A stretch of DNA of 64,000 nucleotides from Patescibacteria group bacterium (GTDB lineage: Bacteria > Patescibacteriota > Patescibacteriia > 2-01-FULL-39-33): positions 6,315-70,314 of the forward strand of contig JBAZRV010000004.1 in assembly GCA_041662745.1 (NCBI GenBank), given 5' to 3'. The translations under genes and the position numbers were made by a program. The notes under the pieces were generated by a model. The model was not told where the DNA came from. It did no database searches and was given only the letters and a program-made list of their open reading frames with translations. This document shows, piece after piece, positions 58,060 through 64,000 of this stretch (its first letter is position 1; every line of letters begins with the position of its first letter).

Positions 58060-59097
58060 TTATTTGATTCTCCGATGCTCCAGGTAATCACCCAAGCCCA
58101 CGCCGATCGCCGTGGCTACCGGTACGGATAGTATGATACCCATTAATCCGCTTAATTTGAAGCCGATCATCATGACGATGATAGTAATGACCGGATTAAG
58201 TCCGATCGCCTTGCGCATGATTTGCGGAGTAATAAAATAATTTTCTGCCTGCTGGACAATGATAAATAAAATCAAAACCGCTAATCCTAGCCAAGGCGAC
58301 TGGGTAAAACCGATAAACACCGCCGGGACGCCGGCCATGAAGGGGCCGAGGTAAGGAATGATTTCGGTTAGGCCGGCGATAAGCGCCAACACCCAGGCAT
58401 ACTTTACCCCCAAAACCAATAATCCGACTAAAGACATGATAAAAATAATCAAACACAACAGAAGCTGGCCGCGCAACCATAAGCCGATCTTCTCCTGCAT
58501 GCGATCAATGAGATGATCAAAATAATCGCGGTGCTTGGCGGGCAAAAGATTTCGAGCCACTGTTTTCATTTGCCGATCATAAACCGCCAGATAGAAAGTC
58601 ATGACCAGTATCACCAATAAGGAAAAAATTCCGCCAATAAAAGAAACAAGTCCGCCGACTAAGTTTGTCGCCAACGAGGTCAAGCCGGCCTGCATGGCCG
58701 ATAAAGCGTCTTCAATATTCTGCTTCAAGCCGTGGCTTTGAGAAAATGACTCTACATTACTCCAGCCGGAAGAAATATTCTGCCAATAAGTCGGAAAATC
58801 ATCGGATAAATTTTTGATTTCCGAACTGATGGGATTAACCAACAACAAGAAGGCCATAAACACTGCCCATAATCCGATCAAATAAATTATCAGGATCCCC
58901 AAAGAGCGCGGGACTTTATTTTTGGCAAACCAATCAACCCAGGGCTTGATGGCGGAAGCCAAGATTAAAGAAACGAAAACCATTAATAGAATATCGCGGA
59001 TATAAAATAGCAAAAGCAATGCCAAACAGACGACCGCTATTTTTAATAATGTGGACAGTTTAAAATCAATGCTGATTTTTTTGTTGCTGACTGGCAT
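58060..59097 (-). CDS. AI-2E family transporter (UPF0118/PerM-like)
   Basis: Polytopic membrane protein with the AI-2E-like pattern. Confidence 0.55.
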   Translation of the reverse strand: MPVSNKKISIDFKLSTLLKIAVVCLALLLLFYIRDILLMVFVSLILASAIKPWVDWFAKNKVPRSLGILIIYLIGLWAVFMAFLLLVNPISSEIKNLSDDFPTYWQNISSGWSNVESFSQSHGLKQNIEDALSAMQAGLTSLATNLVGGLVSFIGGIFSLLVILVMTFYLAVYDRQMKTVARNLLPAKHRDYFDHLIDRMQEKIGLWLRGQLLLCLIIFIMSLVGLLVLGVKYAWVLALIAGLTEIIPYLGPFMAGVPAVFIGFTQSPWLGLAVLILFIIVQQAENYFITPQIMRKAIGLNPVITIIVMMIGFKLSGLMGIILSVPVATAIGVGLGDYLEHRRIK

Positions 59098-59171
59098 GGG
59101 CGGGGTTGTAATATCCCTTGAATATATTATACTATGAAAGTACCAAGAGTGCAAAATTAATTATTTTAAAT

Positions 59172-59621
59172 ATGTCGGTGATCATCAAAAATAAAGAAGG
59201 ATTGTTCGGCTATGAGATTATTGACACTTGGCGGGCCGGGGTTGTTTTATCCGGACCGGAAGTCAAGGCGGTAAAGTTAGGGCAAATCAGCTTAAGGGGC
59301 AGTTTTGTTCAAATTGACAATAAAAACGAAGTTTGGTTGGTCAACTGCCATATTAGCCCTTACAAGCCGGCCAAAGGGCACCAAACCGGCTATAATCCCG
59401 ATAAAAGACGGAAACTTCTCTTAAATAAGAAGGAAATTGCCTCAATTATAGGCAAAAAAGCCCAAAAGGGGTTGACAATTATCCCCATTTCAGTATATAC
59501 TTATAAAAGATTAATCAAGGTGGAAATCGGACTGGCCCGCAGCCGAACCAAGTTGGACAAGCGAGAAGTCATCAAGAAACGCGAGCAAGAACGGGAAATT
59601 AGCAGAACGTTAAAAAAATAA
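59172..59621 (+). CDS. smpB: SsrA-binding protein SmpB
   Basis: GYEIIDTWRAGVVLSGPEVKAVK...VNCHISPY. Confidence 0.85.
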   Translation: MSVIIKNKEGLFGYEIIDTWRAGVVLSGPEVKAVKLGQISLRGSFVQIDNKNEVWLVNCHISPYKPAKGHQTGYNPDKRRKLLLNKKEIASIIGKKAQKGLTIIPISVYTYKRLIKVEIGLARSRTKLDKREVIKKREQEREISRTLKK

Positions 59622-60130
59622 ACTAAGTCAAAAGACTTTAGATTTAATTTTGGGGATGTTTTGCTTTGATAGAGATAATGTTTTCCTATTAGCAAACCGA
59701 GCATGACGGCAAACTCGTTAATCCGCCGTCACAGGCAAAATGCCAAAAACATCTTAGCTAAGGTCCAATCTGCTTTTAGCAGCCTGGCTTTGGCTCCTGT
59801 TCTCGCTTAATATCGAGAACCATCGCCGCGCCCATTCCCGGTAAGCGCCAAGCGGTGTTATATTATCGGGATCGCCAATGGCGTCGCCAGAGCGCTTTTG
59901 GTCAAACTTTTCTGGACCGCTTAAGAATTTTTTGCCGCTTTTTCAGTTCTTAAGTCAAAATTTAAAACGGCTAAGTTTGTATCACTTTAGGGGATAATTT
60001 ATTTCTAGACAGGGGCTCATTACCCCTCATCTCCACATACACAGCATATGGCTTATGGCATATGGCTTATGACAGTTTCTTCTGCTATTTGCTATATGCT
60101 ATATGCTATGTGCTATAAGCTAACAATACC

Positions 60131-60700
60131 ATGCGTAAATCATTCAGAGGACACCATCAAAAACCGGAAGGCCCCAAAGAATTCCGCATCAACGAAAAAA
60201 TCTTTTCTCCGGAACTGATGATCATTGATGAAAACGGAGCCAATCTCGGAGCCATGAGCCGCGACCGAGCGCTTAGCGAAGCGCGCGAACGCGAACTTGA
60301 TTTGGTTGAAGTTTCACCCAAAGCCAATCCGCCCATAGCAAAATTCATGGACTATGGCAGTTTCAAGTATCAACGGGAAAAACAAGAACGAAAGGCTAAG
60401 GCCAAACAAAAAACCACCGAAACCAAAACGGTCAAGATTTCACCGCGCATCGGCCAGCACGATCTGGAAGTCAGAGCGTCACAAGCCGCCGGGTTCCTAA
60501 CCGCCGGCGACAAAGTCAAGATAGAACTGCAGCTTCGCGGCCGGGAAAACCAGCATACCGACTTAGCCAAAGAGAATATCCGCGAACTGATTGAAGCCAT
60601 CAAAATAAAACTGATTGGGGAAAAGGAAGATCGGCCGATCAAAATTGAATCCGATATCACCAAGCAGGGCGGACGATTATCCATGACGATTACCTTGTAA
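60131..60700 (+). CDS. infC: Translation initiation factor IF-3. The start codon is uncertain and may be non-AUG.
   Basis: KEFRINEKIFSPELMIIDENGANLGAMSRDRALSEARERELDLVEVSPKANPPIAKFMDYG. Confidence 0.85.
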   Translation: MRKSFRGHHQKPEGPKEFRINEKIFSPELMIIDENGANLGAMSRDRALSEARERELDLVEVSPKANPPIAKFMDYGSFKYQREKQERKAKAKQKTTETKTVKISPRIGQHDLEVRASQAAGFLTAGDKVKIELQLRGRENQHTDLAKENIRELIEAIKIKLIGEKEDRPIKIESDITKQGGRLSMTITL

Positions 60701-60797
60701 GGAATAACCAATAATCAAGCTACAATAATCAAATAATAAAAATTCAATTGGATATTTTTTTGGAAATTGAAAATTGGAAATTGAAAATTATTTTTAT

Positions 60798-60998
60798 ATG
60801 CCTAAAATCAAGAGCAAGCAATCTATCGCTAAAAGATTTAAGATCACCAAAAAGAAAAAGGTCATTAAGCGCTCTACCGGCCAGGATCATTTCAATGCCA
60901 GAGAAACCGGCAAGGCCAAGCGCGCCAAAAGATCAGACATCTCCCTAAAAGACAAACAGACAGCGGCGAACATCCGCCGACTTTTGCCGTATAATTAA
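60798..60998 (+). CDS. rpmI: 50S ribosomal protein L35
   Basis: MPKIKSKQSIAKRFKITKKKKVIKRSTG. Confidence 0.85.
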   Translation: MPKIKSKQSIAKRFKITKKKKVIKRSTGQDHFNARETGKAKRAKRSDISLKDKQTAANIRRLLPYN

Positions 60999-61110
60999 TT
61001 AATAACTAACAGTCCGCAAAGCCAAAGGCCTGAAAAGTCCAAAGTTTAAAAATATTATTTTCAACTTTCAACCTTACAGGCTTTAGAGGCTTTCAACTTT
61101 ATATTACCAT

Positions 61111-61455
61111 ATGCCTAGAGTAAAACGCGGCGTCATGCATGCCAAAAGACGAAAAAACCTATTAAAAACCACCAAGGGTTTTGAACGTGGCCGCAAAAAA
61201 TTAATCAAACTGGCCAAAACCGCCTCCCTTAAAGCCGGAGCTAACGCTTTGCGCGACAGACGCGCCAAGAAACGCACGACTCGCGCCCTCTGGCAAATCC
61301 AACTTAACGCGGCTGTCCGGGAACACGGCTTGTCTTATTCCAAATTCATCGCCGGCCTCAAGAAAGCCAAGATTGACCTGGATCGCAAGGTGCTGGCTCA
61401 ACTGGCCCAGAAAAAACCTAAGATTTTTGCCAAGATTGTAGAAAAAGTTAAATAA
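61111..61455 (+). CDS. rplT: 50S ribosomal protein L20
   Basis: MPRVKRGVMHAKRRKNLLKTTKGF. Confidence 0.9.
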   Translation: MPRVKRGVMHAKRRKNLLKTTKGFERGRKKLIKLAKTASLKAGANALRDRRAKKRTTRALWQIQLNAAVREHGLSYSKFIAGLKKAKIDLDRKVLAQLAQKKPKIFAKIVEKVK

Positions 61456-61463
61456 AAAAATAA

Positions 61464-61497
61464 GTCGCTCCGATATTGTATCGGGGCGATTTTTTTA
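61464..61497 (+). terminator. Rho-independent terminator after rplT
   Basis: GTCGCTCCGATATTGTATCGGGGCGAT followed by TTTTTTT. Confidence 0.7.
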
Positions 61498-61765
61498 TTT
61501 TACTGTTTTTGGACTAAACTAAGCCGAATAATATAAAATTATTATCTAATTTTAGACAAAAATATCCATCTTGACATTCCTCAAATAATACTATATAATA
61601 CCAGCACAACTTAAACCTTTCCCATTCCCTTTTACGGGGCTCTTAAGCGCAAAACGATTTATCTCGCGACTTAAGAAAAGGCAGATAACCACGATTCTTT
61701 AGGGATCCCGGGCTTGCCTTGGGATTTTTTTAAACGGCAAAATATTAATATAATTAATCCATACT

Positions 61766-62239
61766 ATGAACAATTACGAATTGCTCTACATCATCCCCAA
61801 CCAGTACACTGATGATGAGGCCGCCAAGATCAAAGCCAAAATAGATGACATGCTTAAGGGCTTTGGCGCCATTATCGGACTGGAAGAAAACTTAGGCAAG
61901 AAAAAATTAGCCTATCCCATCAACCGCGTTGCCCATGGCTATTATTTACTAAACGAGTTTGAACTGGAAGACGCCGCCAAAATCAAAGAAATTAACAATT
62001 TCCTGCGCTTGGACAAAGAAATCCTGCGCGCGCAAATCGTCAGCAAAAAAAAGCTGACTCCCAAAGAAATTGAAAAACAAAAAAAGCGCGAGCAAGCGGC
62101 GGAAGCCAGACGCGCCGCCGGCGAAAAAAACGAGGAAAAAGCCAAACCGGCAGAAGCCAAAAAAGAAAGCAAGAAGGTGGACATTAAGAATTTGGACGAA
62201 AAATTGGATGAGATTTTAAAAACCGACGATTTAGTGTAA
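61766..62239 (+). CDS. rpsF: 30S ribosomal protein S6 with a K/E-rich C-terminal tail
   Basis: MNNYELLYIIPNQYTDDEAAKI. Confidence 0.85.
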   Translation: MNNYELLYIIPNQYTDDEAAKIKAKIDDMLKGFGAIIGLEENLGKKKLAYPINRVAHGYYLLNEFELEDAAKIKEINNFLRLDKEILRAQIVSKKKLTPKEIEKQKKREQAAEARRAAGEKNEEKAKPAEAKKESKKVDIKNLDEKLDEILKTDDLV

Positions 62240-62359
62240 ACTTATACCAGTTGATTAGTGATTAGCAGTTAGTTAGTAGTTGAATTAAACTATCAACTGA
62301 TAACTGGCTGAATTAAACTATCAACTGACAACTATTTAACTAACAACTAACTAAATAGT

Positions 62360-62836
62360 ATGAACCTAAACAAAGCCATTATCATTGGCAATCTCACCGC
62401 CAATCCCGAAGTCAAAAAAACCGCTTCGGGCCAAACCATTGCCAATTTCTCCATCGCCACCAACCGCGTCTGGACCAACCAGCAAGGCGTCAAACAAGAG
62501 CAAGCTGAATTTCATTCTATTGTCGCTTTCGGGCGTCTGGCTGAAATCGTCGGCCAATACCTGGCCAAAGGCCGCTTATGCATGGTAGAGGGTCGCATCC
62601 AAACCCGCAACTGGGTGGATACCAACAACGTCAAGCATTGGAAAACGGAGATTGTCGCCGAAAACATCCAGCTGGGACCGCGCAGCGCCGCTTCCGCTAA
62701 CGGCAGTTACAACCAAGAGAGACCCGGCAATTCCGGCTATGACGCCGCTCCGGCTTACGAGGTTGAACAAGTAACCGCCGCTCCCGTTGCCAACGACAAT
62801 GAAGAAGAAATAAAAGTTGAAGACATTCCCTTCTAA
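62360..62836 (+). CDS. ssb: Single-stranded DNA-binding protein
   Basis: An OB fold (IIGNLTANPEVKKTASGQTIANFSIATN) and the C-terminal DIPF tail. Confidence 0.85.
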   Translation: MNLNKAIIIGNLTANPEVKKTASGQTIANFSIATNRVWTNQQGVKQEQAEFHSIVAFGRLAEIVGQYLAKGRLCMVEGRIQTRNWVDTNNVKHWKTEIVAENIQLGPRSAASANGSYNQERPGNSGYDAAPAYEVEQVTAAPVANDNEEEIKVEDIPF

Positions 62837-62927
62837 ATAAAAACAGACAAAAATTCTAAAATCCTTAAAGCTGAGGCCGTCATGATGCTATGAATCTTGG
62901 GCTTCGGACTTTACAGGTTATAACACT

Positions 62928-63170
62928 ATGATCCAAAATAAAAAAACCACCGGCGCCGCAACGCCGCAGAAGCGCTATTGCCATTTTTGCGTCCACAACG
63001 TCCGCGACATTGATTACAAAAACATCAATTTGTTGCGCCGTTTCATCTCTTCTTATTCCAAAATCGTACCGCGCAAAAGAAGCGGTGTCTGCGCTTTCCA
63101 TCAACGCAAGTTGGCTAACGCCATCAAACGCGCCAGAATCATGGCCTTGTTGCCATTTGTTACAAAATAA
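62928..63170 (+). CDS. rpsR: 30S ribosomal protein S18
   Basis: KKRYCHFCVHNVRDIDYKNINLLRRFIS. Confidence 0.85.
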   Translation: MIQNKKTTGAATPQKRYCHFCVHNVRDIDYKNINLLRRFISSYSKIVPRKRSGVCAFHQRKLANAIKRARIMALLPFVTK

Positions 63171-63236
63171 GTTAATTAGTTATTAGTTAGTAGTTTAACT
63201 ATCAACTAACAACTAAAAACTATCTACTGAACCCCT

Positions 63237-63806
63237 ATGTCAATTTCCACCTTAAACGATATTAAAAAAGGCGTGAGCGTTATTTATAATGGCGAGCCCT
63301 ATGTCGTCGTTGAAGCCAATTTCGTCAGAATGCAACAACGCAAACCGGTCATGCAAACCAAACTGCGCAACCTGCTTAACGGCAAGGTAGCCGAATACAG
63401 TTTCCATCAGGGCGAACGAGTTGATGAAGCCGATATGACCAGAAAAAAAGTAGATTATTTGTATAACGACGGCACCAGCTATTACTTCATGTCACAGGAC
63501 GATTTTGAACAATTCGCCTTGTCCGGGGACAGCCTGAGCGATAAAATCGGCTATTTGAAAGAGGGCGACAAAGTAGACGCCCTGTACTGGAACAACAATC
63601 CCGTGTCCGTTTCCCTGCCGCCCAAAGTTGAGTTCAAGGTTATTTCCGCTCCGGAAGGCGTCAAAGGCAACTCGGCTCAAGGCCGCGTCACCAAAACCGC
63701 CGAAATAGAAACCGGCCTCTCCGTCCAAGTCCCCTTATTCGTCAAAGAAGGCGACATAATCAGAATCAGCACCGATACCGGCGAATACGTGGAGCGAGTC
63801 AACTAA
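63237..63806 (+). CDS. efp: Elongation factor P
   Basis: KKGVSVIYNGEPYVVVEANFVRMQQRKPVMQTKLRNLLNGK. Confidence 0.85.
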   Translation: MSISTLNDIKKGVSVIYNGEPYVVVEANFVRMQQRKPVMQTKLRNLLNGKVAEYSFHQGERVDEADMTRKKVDYLYNDGTSYYFMSQDDFEQFALSGDSLSDKIGYLKEGDKVDALYWNNNPVSVSLPPKVEFKVISAPEGVKGNSAQGRVTKTAEIETGLSVQVPLFVKEGDIIRISTDTGEYVERVN

Positions 63807-63827
63807 TTTAAAAATACTTAAAAAAAC

Positions 63828-63857
63828 AACCCCGAGATAATCGGGGCTGTTTTTTTA
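63828..63857 (+). terminator. Rho-independent terminator after efp
   Basis: CCCCGAGATAATCGGGG followed by TTTTTTT. Confidence 0.7.
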
Positions 63858-63862
63858 TAACT

Positions 63863-64000
63863 TCATTCTTTCATCGCCGGTTCGTCTTCATAGCCGTCGT
63901 TACCGGCCGGCGGCGGGGCAATACCCGCCTGCTCAGCTTCCCTGAGCTTTTTCACTTCTTCCAAAATCTGCTTCCTGATTATGGCTATCAGCTTGGGATT
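63863..64000 (-). CDS. 3' end (45 codons) of a minus-strand gene that continues past the window edge. Product unknown.
   Basis: Open frame from the window edge to TGA at 63863-63865: ...IRKQILEEVKKLREAEQAGIAPPPAGNDGYEDEPAMKE*. Confidence 0.3.
   Translation of the reverse strand, partial: NPKLIAIIRKQILEEVKKLREAEQAGIAPPPAGNDGYEDEPAMKE

Noticed and set aside
59640-60130. tmRNA gene next to smpB
   Set aside because: No tRNA-like acceptor or T-arm (GGTTCGANTCC) and no tag-peptide reading-frame features were found on either strand.

Overview
The window looks like a small-genome, CPR/Patescibacteria-like bacterial chromosome segment: tight gene packing, a truncated Rel, and a ComFC/DprA/FemAB/Der/Pth gene set. 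Taxonomy is inferred from the sequence, not verified. Housekeeping genes include rsmA, an MFS transporter, a FemAB-family gene, der, pth, dprA, topA, rel, parB, parA, glyQS, smpB, infC-rpmI-rplT, rpsF-ssb-rpsR and efp. There are four intact tRNAs plus one duplicated tRNA-Leu 5' half.

The accessory content is unusually rich.

- **Two diversity-generating retroelement (DGR) loci.** Locus 2 (51.4-55.2 kb) is complete: a reverse transcriptase (RT) with the DGR-type LGxxxSQ motif, an Avd-like four-helix-bundle gene, a 131-bp template repeat (TR), a matching variable repeat (VR) at the 3' end of a 631-aa target gene, and strictly adenine-specific TR/VR mismatches. Locus 1 (0.3-3.3 kb) has two tandem paralogous target genes, each ending in a VR. 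They are followed by a TR that is a 3' remnant of a third copy, and by an Avd-like gene on the opposite strand. No RT lies next to locus 1 in this window. Both TRs share a 5' motif, TCGGACGGCAACC.
- **Two back-to-back perfect inverted-repeat cassettes next to tRNA-Ser.** One (87-bp arms) encloses a large serine recombinase whose 3' end overlaps the tRNA. The other (102-bp arms) encloses an XRE-type HTH gene and a 378-aa unknown protein.
- **A 22-kb type IV secretion-like operon (6.9-29.2 kb, all on the minus strand).** It encodes ComFC, a split VirB4 ATPase, a PrgI/VirB3-like protein, a VirB6-like 1080-aa membrane protein and a giant 3872-aa cysteine-rich secreted protein. No VirD4 or relaxase is present.
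- **A tRNA-bounded island (42.0-47.2 kb).** It carries a Panacea-domain (DUF4065) gene with a 130-aa unknown partner (candidate toxin-antitoxin pair), a B12-binding radical SAM protein, a second large serine recombinase and a NYN-domain fragment.
- **A GIY-YIG nuclease gene** sitting between tRNA-Leu and a duplicated tRNA-Leu 5' half.
- **MITE-like palindromes** (GTCATTC...GAATCCAGGTT) in the parB-parA spacer, one of them inserted in-frame inside the DGR RT.
- **Several short repeated intergenic motifs.**

All calls rest on reading the sequence and recalling protein-family motifs. No database search was run.
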